A stretch of DNA of 64,000 bases, taken from positions 590,577-654,576 of the forward strand of contig CAWDDT010000006.1 in assembly GCA_963801165.1 (NCBI GenBank), given 5' to 3'. The DNA is from an uncultured bacterium (lineage in GTDB: Bacteria; Actinomycetota; Acidimicrobiia; Spongiisociales; UBA5794). The notes below the pieces were generated by a model. It did no database searches. It was not told where the DNA came from and was given only the letters and a program-made list of their open reading frames with translations. Every line of letters begins with the position of its first letter. Position 1 is the first letter of the stretch. Positions 1-9,862 of this stretch are shown here, piece by piece. The translations under genes were made by a program, and so were the position numbers.

Positions 1-68
1 CGGTATCTTCTACGAGGTCGCATCGTGCGACAACGGCTCAGCAGGAGCCGCGACCAAAGGAGCTGCCG

Positions 69-848
69 TTGTCCGATCATCTCACTGTTCGCATCCCGAA
101 ACGCACCTTGCAGGCAGGACTCATCATCGCGATCGTCGTTGCGGTCATGGCACCAATCGCGGCTCACGCCATGGGTGGAAAGTTCACCGATGACGACACG
201 TCGATCTTCGAATCCAATATCGAATGGCTCGCCGGCGCCGGCGTGACCTTGGGCTGCAACCCGCCCACCAACGACCAATTCTGCCCGAACGACAACGTGA
301 GCCGCGGCCAGATGGCGGCGTTCATGCAGCGCTTCGCGCAATATCTCGGCGCCGAGGACGGCCAGGTCTCGAAGGCCGACGACGCCGAGACGCTCGATGG
401 GCTCGCCCCGAGTGCATTCCTGCGCAACGACGTCATTGAGATCGCACAGGCGAGCGGATGGGTACCGAACGCAGGAACCGGCACCAGCGTAGAGTACAAC
501 GTCACTGCGGATGTACTCGGTGGCGGCGGAAACCAACTCGGGCTGATCACGCCGACCACCGTAGGGATCGACACGTACTATCTCGATAGTGTCGAGGTCT
601 GCTACGGCGGAGCGTTCTCAGGCGGAACGATCACAGCGTCACGGGTGTACAGGTCAACGCCCTCCGGCAGCAGTGGTGCCATCGTGGACGACAACACGTC
701 CCGGACAACGGTCTTCCCCGCAACCGAGTGCTACCAGCTCAGTGTCGCAGATTCAACCGCGCCTTCCGGCTCCACGTACCACCTCTTCCTCAACGTCACC
801 GGGGATGTCAACGTCGCGAGTGTCACGAGCAGCTACCGAACACATTGA
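69..848 (+). CDS. SLH-domain secreted/surface protein (paralog 1)
   Basis: N-terminal hydrophobic signal; FTDDDTSIFESNIEWLA..GVTLGCNPP..FCPNDNVSRGQMAAFM is SLH-like. Confidence 0.8.
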   Translation: MSDHLTVRIPKRTLQAGLIIAIVVAVMAPIAAHAMGGKFTDDDTSIFESNIEWLAGAGVTLGCNPPTNDQFCPNDNVSRGQMAAFMQRFAQYLGAEDGQVSKADDAETLDGLAPSAFLRNDVIEIAQASGWVPNAGTGTSVEYNVTADVLGGGGNQLGLITPTTVGIDTYYLDSVEVCYGGAFSGGTITASRVYRSTPSGSSGAIVDDNTSRTTVFPATECYQLSVADSTAPSGSTYHLFLNVTGDVNVASVTSSYRTH

Positions 849-1038
849 TGATCGGATGCAGCTGCCAACCCCACCGTTCCCAGAGAAGCGCTCGAGAATC
901 CACTTCCTAGGCCCGGGATACTTCGGGTAGGTTCGGATACTGCCGGACATCAGAGGGCAGGAATCAAGGTTCGAGCTGGTAGGCCTGGTGGGGTGTATCA
1001 GGACGTGCTGAACGCGCTCTCGTAAACGTCCGCCTGAT

Positions 1039-1713
1039 ATGGGAAGGAGACCCATCTTGGAACTGAACGCACGTACCGGACGCCGTTGGACCAGACTTGC
1101 TCTGGCCTTCGCCGTCCTTCTAGCCGTTTCGGCACCGGTCGCAGTATTCGCTGCAGGAGGCCATTTCACCGACGACGACACCTCGGTGTTCGAATCTCAC
1201 ATCAATTGGATGGCAGACGCCGGCATCACGCTCGGCTGTAACCCTCCCGGTAATGATCATTACTGCCCTGACGACAACGTGACGCGCGGTGAGATGGCGG
1301 CGTTCATGCACCGGTTTTCTCAGTATCTCGACGCCGAGGACGGCACCCCCGCCCAGGCCGACAACGCCGACACACTCGACGGCCTCGACTCGACCGATCT
1401 GCAGCCGATGTGGGCGTTGGTCAAGGGCTCCGACGGCTCGATCATCGCTCAATCGGGCGGCATCTCGGCGACCCGCGGCTACACGGGTGGTCAGTATGTC
1501 GACTTCGGCGCAGACGTAAGCGGCCACGGGCTCGTGGCAACGATGCAGTGGGGGCACTCCGGCTTCATCTCGACCGCCATTTGTGGTGGCAACACGGACG
1601 AGACCGTCAACTGCGTAGTCGGGGACAACACCACCGACTGGGTGTTCGTACAAACGCTCGACGAGGCAGGATCAGGAGTCGACGCCGACTACTACATCAC
1701 CGTGCTCCCGTAG
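1039..1713 (+). CDS. SLH-domain surface protein (paralog 2)
   Basis: Same signal + SLH module (GITLGCNPP..YCPDDNVTRGEMAAFMHRF); different C-terminal domain. Confidence 0.8.
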   Translation: MGRRPILELNARTGRRWTRLALAFAVLLAVSAPVAVFAAGGHFTDDDTSVFESHINWMADAGITLGCNPPGNDHYCPDDNVTRGEMAAFMHRFSQYLDAEDGTPAQADNADTLDGLDSTDLQPMWALVKGSDGSIIAQSGGISATRGYTGGQYVDFGADVSGHGLVATMQWGHSGFISTAICGGNTDETVNCVVGDNTTDWVFVQTLDEAGSGVDADYYITVLP

Positions 1714-1756
1714 CATCGACTCTCTGAGTCAACCGACTTCGGCCGATTCAGCCTGA

Positions 1757-1785
1757 GAGGGCGCCGGGCATATCCCGGCGCCCTC
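1757..1785 (+). terminator. Hairpin after SLH paralog 2
   Basis: GAGGGCGCCGGG-catat-CCCGGCGCCCTC perfect 12-bp stem; no U-tract. Confidence 0.55.
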
Positions 1786-1979
1786 GTCGCGTCCGCGTAG
1801 CACGCGACGAATTCCGCGCGTGCTTCTCATCAGCGAAGCGCAAACATGACCCTTGCAGCTGCAGATTCGTGTAGGTTCTGAGGAGCTGGATACGAAGGGC
1901 GGGGCCTGAGTTCGGCTGGTAGTCCCGATGGGTGTATCAGCGCGTCAGTTCGCGCTCTCATCACGTGTATCCGCGCGAC

Positions 1980-2843
1980 ATGGGAAGGAGACCCATCTTG
2001 GACACGCACGCTCGCAAAGGGCTTCGTTGGACCAGACTGTTGTTGGCCCTCGCCGTCCTCTTCGCCGTTTCGGCGCCAATAGCGGTTTTCGCAGCAGGAG
2101 GCCACTTCACCGACGACGACACTTCTGCATTCGAATCGCACATCAACTGGATGGCGGACGCCGGCATCACGCTCGGCTGCAACCCTCCTGCCAACGACCT
2201 TTACTGCCCTGACGACAACGTGACCCGTGGCCAGATGGCGGCCTTCATGCACCGGTTCGCGCAGTACCTGGACGCCGAAGATGGCACACCAGCCGAGGCC
2301 GACCATGCCGCCGACGCCGACACGCTTGACGGTGAGTCTGCCACCTACTACACCAATCCCGCCTGGGGCGTGGCCTGCGACGCAGGATCCTGCTCCGATC
2401 TGGCCATGAATACGCCCCTCCAGATGCTGGAGATTCCCGTGACGGCACCGATGGATGGGTACGTAACCGTGGCATCCAACTACTCGGGGACTTCTGCGTC
2501 GGCCACTGCGGCGTATTTCCAGATCTGGGCCGAGGTGGACACCAGCCCCGGCTGCACCAGCTGGTTCCTTGTACCCGGCGAATCGGTACCCGGCACTTGG
2601 GGCGTCGGGAGCATTGCCGCCGATATCGATTTCGGCAACCTGGCGACAACCGTGGTGACCGCGGTTGGTGCGGGCGATCACACACTGCGCCTTTGTGCGA
2701 TCGCTACCCAGGCGGTCACCTCATACCAGGGTTCGCTTGCCATTACCTTCAGCGCCGGCGGATCAGCTACGCCCGCTGCATCTCTTGATGCCGCGGACTA
2801 CTCGTACCTGGAGGATGCCTTCGCTGTGGAATCGAGCAACTAG
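1980..2843 (+). CDS. SLH-domain surface protein (paralog 3)
   Basis: N-terminal half nearly identical to paralog 2; start set at MGRRPIL by comparison. Confidence 0.8.
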   Translation: MGRRPILDTHARKGLRWTRLLLALAVLFAVSAPIAVFAAGGHFTDDDTSAFESHINWMADAGITLGCNPPANDLYCPDDNVTRGQMAAFMHRFAQYLDAEDGTPAEADHAADADTLDGESATYYTNPAWGVACDAGSCSDLAMNTPLQMLEIPVTAPMDGYVTVASNYSGTSASATAAYFQIWAEVDTSPGCTSWFLVPGESVPGTWGVGSIAADIDFGNLATTVVTAVGAGDHTLRLCAIATQAVTSYQGSLAITFSAGGSATPAASLDAADYSYLEDAFAVESSN

Positions 2844-2871
2844 CTCAACCGGCCCGTGCTTGTAGTGAATG

Positions 2872-2897
2872 GTTGAGGGGCCGCCAGGCCCCTCAAC
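2872..2897. terminator. Hairpin between convergent genes
   Basis: GTTGAGGGGCC-gcca-GGCCCCTCAAC. Confidence 0.5.
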
Positions 2898-3465
2898 TCT
2901 GTGCAAGGAATTCCAACCTACTCCGGAGCTCGGGCGCGTCCAGCGCGCCGTACCAGCTGTCGACGACGACACCATCCTTGATCAGAACGGTGGCTGGCTG
3001 GCCCGGGATGCCGTAGAGCTGCCAGATCGAGTCGTCGAGACCCCAACGCAGGTTGTCCGAGAACAGGTGCGCCGCCTCGTCAGCCGTCGACTGATAGTCG
3101 GAACGACCGGCCACGGCGAGGAAGGTGATGCTGTCCTGGTAATCCGACGCAACTGCGTCGACGACGGGAAGTTCCGCCTGACAGACCGGTCACCACTCCG
3201 CCCAGAACACCATGTAGATGGGTTTCTGGGCTTCCGAGAGGACGAAGGTCGACCCATCGCTGAGCTCCAGCTCGAAGTCCGGGGCAGCCGGCCCGTCGGG
3301 TGCCTTGGTCGTGGCCGCGGTCGTCTCCGGAACTGCCGTGGTGGTCGTTTGGGCGCCAACAACTGTTGTGGTTGCCGCACCGTCTGCGGACAGGGTCGCA
3401 TTCTCGGCACCGCCACAGGCGCCAAGCAACAGCACGAGGACACAGGCCAACAGGATCTTCCGCAT
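2893..3465 (-). CDS. TlpA/ResA-like thioredoxin-fold lipoprotein with in-frame UGA (probable selenocysteine, WAEW-U-PVC)
   Basis: ORFs 3190-3465 and 2893-3114 are in one frame joined by a single TGA (3190-3192); lipobox LLLGAC, APDFEL, FWAEW*PVCQAELP, GQPATVLI cis-Pro motif. Confidence 0.85.
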
Positions 3466-3541
3466 CCCCCGACAGTAAACGCGCCGCCCCGTCGCCGGGA
3501 TCGTTCCCGCCGGTGTTCACGGGACTTTCACAATCGAGCCG

Positions 3542-5257
3542 CTAGTCGCCCGCGGCTGCGGCTGCCCTCGCTGCCTCTTCCTGCATCAGCTCCCGGCGAA
3601 GCACCTTGCCGACAAAAGTCTTCGGCAGATCGTTGCGGAATTCGATGCTGCGGGGAACCTTGAACCGGGCCAGCCGCTCCCGGCAGAACTCGATCAGCTC
3701 GGTCTCGGTGAGGGTCTGCCCCTCATCGAGCACCACGAACGCCTTCACCCGCTGATCTGTGCCACCGACCGGCACACCGATGACCCCGGCGTCGACCACT
3801 GCAGGGTGCTCGAAGAGCGCGTCCTCGACCTCGCGGGGGTAGACGTTGAACCCGCCCGACGCCAGGATCATGTCCTTTTTGCGGTCGACTACCGCAAACC
3901 GGCCGTCCTCGTCCATGACGGCGATATCTCCGGTATGCAGCCAGACGGTACCGTCATCGGCAGTGCGAAGAACGTCCTCGTTCGCCTCGGGCATATTCCA
4001 GTAGCCCTGCATGACCTGGGGGCCGCTGACACACAAAACCCCCCGCTCTCCCACGCCCATCACCTTGGTCTCGGTGTCCTCATCGACAATACGGCAATCG
4101 GTACTCGGCATAGGAAAACCAATGGTCCCGGTGCGGGCGGTGCCGTCGAGCGGCCCGGCATGAGTCACCGGGGAGGCCTCGCTGAGACCGTACCCCTCCA
4201 CGAGAACCCCACCGGTTGCGGTCTCGAAGCCTCGTTTCACCTCGGGTGGCAACGCAGCCGCACCAGATATGCACCAGTTGATCGACGAAACGTCGTACTT
4301 GCCACTCTTGACGTGACGATGCCGGGTGATCGCCGCATAAAGGGTGGGGACGCCGGGAAAGTAGGTGGGGCGATGAGCGTCGATGACCTTGAGCAAGCCG
4401 CCGAGATCACGGGCGTCGGGGATCAGCACCTGCTTGTGCCCGGCCGAGATCGAATGGTTCATCGACACGGTGACCGAGTAGCTGTGCGTGAGCGGCAACG
4501 CAGTCAGCATCACCTCCCGCCCCGGAACCGCTTCAGGGCTCCACGCACGCACCTGGTGGGCATTCGCCATCAGATTGGCGTGCGAGAGTATCGCCCCCTT
4601 GGGCACCCCGGTCGTTCCCCCGGTGTACATCAGCATCGCAACGTCGTCGCCGGTCACCGGCACGGGTGTGGGCGCCTCATCGCTGAGAACCGACGACCAC
4701 TCATACGTGTTCTCGTCGTCGCCGACATCGACCCGGTGCCCGTCTTTCTTCTCCCGGAGCAGAGTGAACAGCAGTTTGAGCGAGCCCTTGAAGTACTCCT
4801 TGATGTTGGTCACGATGACGTGCTCTAGAGGAGTCTGGTCGCGTACCGACCGCACCTTTTCGTAGTTCATGGACACCACGATGGCGAAGCGGCTCGCCGC
4901 GTCCCTCGCCTGATGGGCGAACTCGGCAGCGGTGTACAGCGGGTTGGAGGGAACGGCGATGGCGCCGCATCTCCAGACTGCCTCGTAGGCGATCACCAGC
5001 TGCGGGCAGTTGGGCATGTACAGGGATACCCGGTCGCCCTTCTCCAGCCCGAGACGTTGTAGACCGGCAGCAAGCCGATCTACCAGGTCGTCAAGCTCGC
5101 GATAGGTGAGGCCGTGGTCGAAAAAGACGAGAGCCTCGTTGTCGGGGTATGTTCGGGCCGACGTGCGCAGCAGGCCGTCGAGCGGGCCATCTGGCCAAGT
5201 CACCCTGGCAGGGACACCGGTCTGGTAGAGCCGGTGCCAGGGCCGGGTATCAGCCAT
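3542..5257 (-). CDS. fadD: Long-chain fatty acid-CoA ligase
   Basis: YTGGTTGVPKG AMP-binding motif, EGYGLSE, TGD, DRKKD; start at MADTRPW overlaps trpD stop. Confidence 0.9.
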   Translation of the reverse strand: MADTRPWHRLYQTGVPARVTWPDGPLDGLLRTSARTYPDNEALVFFDHGLTYRELDDLVDRLAAGLQRLGLEKGDRVSLYMPNCPQLVIAYEAVWRCGAIAVPSNPLYTAAEFAHQARDAASRFAIVVSMNYEKVRSVRDQTPLEHVIVTNIKEYFKGSLKLLFTLLREKKDGHRVDVGDDENTYEWSSVLSDEAPTPVPVTGDDVAMLMYTGGTTGVPKGAILSHANLMANAHQVRAWSPEAVPGREVMLTALPLTHSYSVTVSMNHSISAGHKQVLIPDARDLGGLLKVIDAHRPTYFPGVPTLYAAITRHRHVKSGKYDVSSINWCISGAAALPPEVKRGFETATGGVLVEGYGLSEASPVTHAGPLDGTARTGTIGFPMPSTDCRIVDEDTETKVMGVGERGVLCVSGPQVMQGYWNMPEANEDVLRTADDGTVWLHTGDIAVMDEDGRFAVVDRKKDMILASGGFNVYPREVEDALFEHPAVVDAGVIGVPVGGTDQRVKAFVVLDEGQTLTETELIEFCRERLARFKVPRSIEFRNDLPKTFVGKVLRRELMQEEAARAAAAAGD

Positions 5258-6284
5258 CGCCACCGCTCCGCGCCGAGAAGGCGACCGCCCGGTCGAGCAC
5301 GTCTTTCGCCTTCCCCGAATCGATCGATTCGGCCGCAACCGCCATCGCCGGCAGGAAGCCCTCTGCCAGACCTCCGGCCACGATCGCCGGTGCAGCGTTG
5401 ACGAGAGCGATATCGCGCTTCGGTCCCGGCTCACCCGTGAGGATGGCCCTGGTGATGGCAACGTTCTCGGCGGCATCACCACCGCGGAAATCACCCAGGG
5501 TCGCCCTGGCCACTCCGAAGTCCTCAGGCGTGAACTCCGCGTGGGTGATCTCGCCTTCGCGGAGCCTGAATATGAACGAAGGCCCGGTCGTAGTTAGCTC
5601 GTCGAGACCGTCCTCTCCGTAGAACACAAACGCAGATTCGGCGCCCAGGTTGGCCAGCACCTCGATCATCAATCGGGCCATGCGCGGATCGGAGACCCCG
5701 AGCGCATAACGCCGCGCTCCCGCCGGGTTGCACAGCGGACCGAGAAAGTTGAACACAGTCCGGAAGCCGAGCTGGCGCCGCACCGGACCCGCGTGGCGCA
5801 TCGCCGGGTGATAGTGAGGCGCAAAGAAGAACCCGAACCCGACCTCGTCGATCATGGCGACGGTCGCCTCCGGCTCCATCTGGAGGTTGAGCCCGAGCGC
5901 TTCCAGTAGATCCGCAGACCCGGTCTGCGATGACGCCGCACGGTTTCCGTGCTTGGCGATCTTCACACCGGCACCCGCGGCAATGAAAGCCGCCGTGGTC
6001 GAGATATTGAAGGTACCCGATCGATCTCCGCCCGTTCCCACCAGATCGACGACGGGGGCGGTCACGGAAACGGCCCGGGCAGCCGCTCGCATCGCCTCGA
6101 CAAAACCGGTCATCTCCTCCGCGGTTTCGCCCTTGGTTCGGAGGACGGTCAGGAATGCGGCAATCTGCGCCTCGCTGGCTTCCCCGGCCATGATCGTTGC
6201 CATCACGTCCCGAGCCCGGGTTTGCGACAGGTGATTGCCTTCGAGCAGATCGGTGAAGACGTCGGGCCAGATGACACTCGCCAT
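5250..6284 (-). CDS. trpD: Anthranilate phosphoribosyltransferase
   Basis: GTGGDRSGTFNISTT, KHGNRAASS, FNFLGPLCNP, GLDE motifs. Confidence 0.97.
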   Translation of the reverse strand: MASVIWPDVFTDLLEGNHLSQTRARDVMATIMAGEASEAQIAAFLTVLRTKGETAEEMTGFVEAMRAAARAVSVTAPVVDLVGTGGDRSGTFNISTTAAFIAAGAGVKIAKHGNRAASSQTGSADLLEALGLNLQMEPEATVAMIDEVGFGFFFAPHYHPAMRHAGPVRRQLGFRTVFNFLGPLCNPAGARRYALGVSDPRMARLMIEVLANLGAESAFVFYGEDGLDELTTTGPSFIFRLREGEITHAEFTPEDFGVARATLGDFRGGDAAENVAITRAILTGEPGPKRDIALVNAAPAIVAGGLAEGFLPAMAVAAESIDSGKAKDVLDRAVAFSARSGGDG

Positions 6285-6365
6285 GGCGGGACCCTAGCAG
6301 CACAGATTGTGCCGCGAATTTCCAACCTCAACTAGATGAGGCGTCAAAGCAATTGAGGCGCACCC

Positions 6366-6638
6366 TCAGGCGATCATCCGCTGTAGGTTGCGCCGCTCCT
6401 TCTCGGTCATGCCGCCCCAGATGCCAAAGCGAATCCGCGCCTCGAGCGCAAACTCGAGGCAATCGAAGCTCACCGGGCACCCCTCACAGACCCGAATCGC
6501 ATCTTGCTCGCCTGTGATGGTCAAGGGAAAGAAGATATCGGGATCTTTGTCCCGGCACACGGCAAATGCTGCCCATGGCCGCTCCTCGGTTATAGGAACG
6601 GGCAACGCAGAGTGCATTTGATCAAGAATATTCTTCAT
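6366..6638 (-). CDS. whiB: WhiB-family Fe-S transcription factor
   Basis: C..DPDIFFP...CEGCPV..C...GIWGG..EKERR. Confidence 0.92.
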   Translation of the reverse strand: MKNILDQMHSALPVPITEERPWAAFAVCRDKDPDIFFPLTITGEQDAIRVCEGCPVSFDCLEFALEARIRFGIWGGMTEKERRNLQRMIA

Positions 6639-6809
6639 TGGCCACCCCCGTGAGGTGTGGTGCGACGCCGTACCTCGGCCGCGCACCCCTTTAAGACGTC
6701 TCCGCCCCCGGTTTGGTTCCCGCCGCTCGAATCGGCTCCGCACGTAGTGAGGAGCCGGAGCACTACAATCGGGCGTCTACGCAACGACACACACGGGGGA
6801 GGCAAGGCC

Positions 6810-7265
6810 CTGCTCTACTTCGCATACAACGCTCGGATCTCGCCCACCGAGATGAATGAGGTCGCACCCCACGCCCGGTTCGAGTTCATCGCACATCTCC
6901 CCGAATGGGGGCTCGAGTTCCCGATAGCGAACGAAACATGGGGCGGTGCTCTTCCTGCCGTGAAGCCAGAGTCCGGATCGACCGTCTGGGGCGCCGTATA
7001 TGAGATCCCCGCGACGGATCTTGACAAACTCAACGCGGTCGAGGCCCGGGAGCAGCGCGCCGCGATGACTGTCGAGGCCATGGACCGTAACGGACGACGC
7101 CACCAGGTGGTGGTTCACCTACTCGACGGCGACGCGTCGGTCAACGGCAACGGTTCCAGCCGCCCATCTGCCGACTACCTACGACTCATGGTCGACGGGT
7201 CGCGGCACTGGAGTCTGCCGTTCGGTTGGATCGCTGGTCTCGAGGAACATCTCGAGAAGTCCTAG
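6810..7265 (+). CDS. Gamma-glutamylcyclotransferase-like protein (probable CTG start)
   Basis: LYFAY, VWGAVYEI, PSADYL motifs; GGAGG 7 nt before an in-frame CTG. Confidence 0.7.
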   Translation: MLYFAYNARISPTEMNEVAPHARFEFIAHLPEWGLEFPIANETWGGALPAVKPESGSTVWGAVYEIPATDLDKLNAVEAREQRAAMTVEAMDRNGRRHQVVVHLLDGDASVNGNGSSRPSADYLRLMVDGSRHWSLPFGWIAGLEEHLEKS

Positions 7266-7667
7266 GTGTCCCAGCAGGTAAGGCCCGCTGAATCACGCCG
7301 CCCGGCCGTTCGCTGGGGAGCGGTCGCGATCGGTGCGATGGCCGGCCTGGTTCTCTCGCTGCTCACCTTCATATTCCTCGGGGTGACCGGGCTGATTGCG
7401 CCCGGCCGCGGCGACGTCTTCCTGCTGTTCAACCAGTTCCTCTCTCTCGTGGTCGCCGGTTACGTCGGGGGACGGCTATCCGACTCGCCGGAACTACACG
7501 GGGGTCTGTCCGCCCTCGTGGGCGCCCTGATCTCCGGGCTCATCTCACTGAGCAACACTGACGCCGGTTTGCCCGGCATCATCACGCTGACTGTCGTTGC
7601 CGCCGTGCTCGGAACCGCCGGCGGGGTCCTGGCCCGCTGGCACAAACAGGCGATCGAAGACCGCTAG
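7266..7667 (+). CDS. Small four-helix membrane protein
   Basis: Four Gly-rich hydrophobic segments; abuts the upstream gene. Confidence 0.7.
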   Translation: MSQQVRPAESRRPAVRWGAVAIGAMAGLVLSLLTFIFLGVTGLIAPGRGDVFLLFNQFLSLVVAGYVGGRLSDSPELHGGLSALVGALISGLISLSNTDAGLPGIITLTVVAAVLGTAGGVLARWHKQAIEDR

Positions 7668-7749
7668 CCACGGCTTTTGGCGTCGGAAACCGGAATATGT
7701 TCCGCTTTCCGACGCAGGAGTGGATACGGCCGGCAATTTTCCCGTCCAT

Positions 7750-7769
7750 ATGGGGACTTCTGGCCCTAT
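7750..7769 (+). promoter_or_regulatory. DosR/DevR-like box upstream of sulfur operon
   Basis: ATGGGGACTTCTGGCCCTAT resembles the actinobacterial GGGACT-N3-G(T/G)CCC palindrome. Confidence 0.45.
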
Positions 7770-7837
7770 TTGCATCTGCATGAGTGGGCATAGCATGCAC
7801 AGTGCTCAAAGCTATGCATCATATGCAGGAACGCACA

Positions 7838-8602
7838 ATGGTTCTGCTGACCACCAAACAAGTACAAGAACTCTTCCGCGTAGATAGGTCGACGATCTAT
7901 CGCATGGCCGAGGACGGACGTCTCCCGGCCGTGAAGGTCGGCCGCCAATGGCGGTTCCCGTCGGACCATGTCGAGAGTCTTCTTGGCCAGCCGGAGACGC
8001 CCAAGACGGCGCCAACCACCGAATCGCTCGCCGAGCGTGCCGCAGCCCTCGACCGTGTACTCCCCGCGGACACGGCCCAGGCCGTCGCCGACCTGGCCGC
8101 CGACCTGTTCGGGGTAATGGCGGTCGTCACCGACATGAGCGGCCGGGCACTCACCAACGTCTCCAGCCCGTGCGGATATTTCAGCGCCGTATTCGACGGC
8201 TTGTACACCCCCGATCGCTGCTCCGATGGATGGCGACGGCTCGGCGAGGAGATAGACCTCGAGCCTCGCTTCGTCCCCAGCCATCTCGGATTCTTGTGCG
8301 CACGGTCGTTCATCCGCATCGGCGCTTCACTGGTCGGCATGGTGATCGTCGGTGGCGTCGCCCCGGAGCTCTGGCCACCATCGTCAGCAGAGATGGAGGC
8401 GGTGGCCGCCGAGACGGGAGTCCCGGTTGTGACCATCGAGGCGCACATCAAAGAGGTCTACTGGATCGACAGAGCGCACCAGGACTGGATCGTCACGAAC
8501 CTATCGCGAGTCAGCGATCTCATCTCGCTGCTCGCAGACGGTCACGGAAAGCTTGTCAAGAAACTCGAGTCAATCGCCGCTCTCGCCGGAGCGGCGTCAT
8601 AG
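7838..8602 (+). CDS. Excisionase-type HTH + PocR-like sensor transcriptional regulator
   Basis: LTTKQVQELFRVDRSTIYRM..GRLPAVKVGRQWRF, then PocR-like domain (VVTDMSGR..PCGY..C..SHLGFLCAR..VGMVIVGG). Confidence 0.8.
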   Translation: MVLLTTKQVQELFRVDRSTIYRMAEDGRLPAVKVGRQWRFPSDHVESLLGQPETPKTAPTTESLAERAAALDRVLPADTAQAVADLAADLFGVMAVVTDMSGRALTNVSSPCGYFSAVFDGLYTPDRCSDGWRRLGEEIDLEPRFVPSHLGFLCARSFIRIGASLVGMVIVGGVAPELWPPSSAEMEAVAAETGVPVVTIEAHIKEVYWIDRAHQDWIVTNLSRVSDLISLLADGHGKLVKKLESIAALAGAAS

Positions 8603-8620
8603 GAAGCAAGGAGAACCCAA

Positions 8621-9862
8621 GTGAAGAGACTGCTAGTGCTGGGAGCAGGAACGGCCGGAACCATGGTCGCCAACAAACTCCGTCCCCATCTCGACGAGCG
8701 GGATTGGACGATCACGCTCGTTGACCAGAACGAGACTCATTACTACCAACCGGGGTTCCTGTTCCTGCCTTTCGGTGGCTACAAGCGAGAGGAGCTCGAG
8801 AAGCCGAAGCGCCGGTTCATCCCGCAGGGTGTCGAGTTGCTGATGGGCGAGATCGATCTCGTCGAGCCGGAGAAGAATCAGGTCAAGCTGGTCGACGGCA
8901 CCGAGCTTTCCTATGACTACCTGGTGATCGCCACCGGCACGCACCCCACCCCGGGGGAGACACCGGGACTGGGTGACGACGAGTGGCGCAAATCGGTATT
9001 CGACTTCTACACCATCGACGGGGCCGAGGCTCTCAAGGCGAAGCTCGACACCTGGGAGGGCGGCAAGCTGGTGCTCAACATCATCGAGATGCCGATCAAG
9101 TGCCCGGTCGCCCCGCTCGAGTTCATATTCCTGGCCGACTCGTTCTTCCACGAGCGTGGGATGCGCGACCATGTGCAGCTCGAATACGTCACTCCCCTGC
9201 CGGGCGCTTTCACCAAGCCGGTGGCGGCCCGCTACCTCGGCGACATGCTCGAGGACCGCAAGATCAAGCTGGAGTCCGACTTCTTCCTGGAGCGAGTCGA
9301 CACAGAGAACCATCAGCTCGTTTCCTACGACGAGCGCACCATCGACTACGACCTCCTGGTGACCATCCCGGTCAACATGGGTGCGGAGTACATCGCCCGT
9401 TCCGGTCTCGGTGACGAGCTGCGACACGTCCCGGTCGACAAGCACAACTTCCTGTCGACCACGCACGACAACATCTTCGCCCTCGGCGACGCGGCCGCGC
9501 TGCCGACATCGAAAGCCGGATCGGTTGCCCACTTCGCCATCGACATCTTCACCGAGAACTTCCTCGAATACATCGAAGGAAGACCGATGAGAGCGAAGTT
9601 CGATGGTCACGCCAACTGCTTCATCGAGTCCGGCAACGGCAAGGGCATGCTGATCGACTTCAACTACGACACCGAGCCGCTCCCCGGCAAGTACCCGTTG
9701 CCCGGAATCGGCCCCTTCTCGCTCCTCCAGGAGACCGAGGCGAACCACTGGGGCAAGCTCATGTTCAAGTGGGTGTACTGGAACGTGCTTCTCGAGGGAC
9801 GGGCCATGCCTATTCCTGCGCTGATGTCGATGGCGGGGAAGATCCGTGAGGACATGCGATGA
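8621..9862 (+). CDS. sqr: Sulfide:quinone oxidoreductase (type III-like)
   Basis: GAGTAG FAD motif, YQPG, KCPVAPLE, FALGD, SKAG, HANCFIE (Cys pair). Confidence 0.9.
   Translation: MKRLLVLGAGTAGTMVANKLRPHLDERDWTITLVDQNETHYYQPGFLFLPFGGYKREELEKPKRRFIPQGVELLMGEIDLVEPEKNQVKLVDGTELSYDYLVIATGTHPTPGETPGLGDDEWRKSVFDFYTIDGAEALKAKLDTWEGGKLVLNIIEMPIKCPVAPLEFIFLADSFFHERGMRDHVQLEYVTPLPGAFTKPVAARYLGDMLEDRKIKLESDFFLERVDTENHQLVSYDERTIDYDLLVTIPVNMGAEYIARSGLGDELRHVPVDKHNFLSTTHDNIFALGDAAALPTSKAGSVAHFAIDIFTENFLEYIEGRPMRAKFDGHANCFIESGNGKGMLIDFNYDTEPLPGKYPLPGIGPFSLLQETEANHWGKLMFKWVYWNVLLEGRAMPIPALMSMAGKIREDMR

Noticed and set aside
69-2843. Diversity-generating retroelement or shufflon acting on SLH genes
   Set aside because: No reverse transcriptase, no adenine-specific TR/VR pair, and no adjacent invertase or inverted cassettes.
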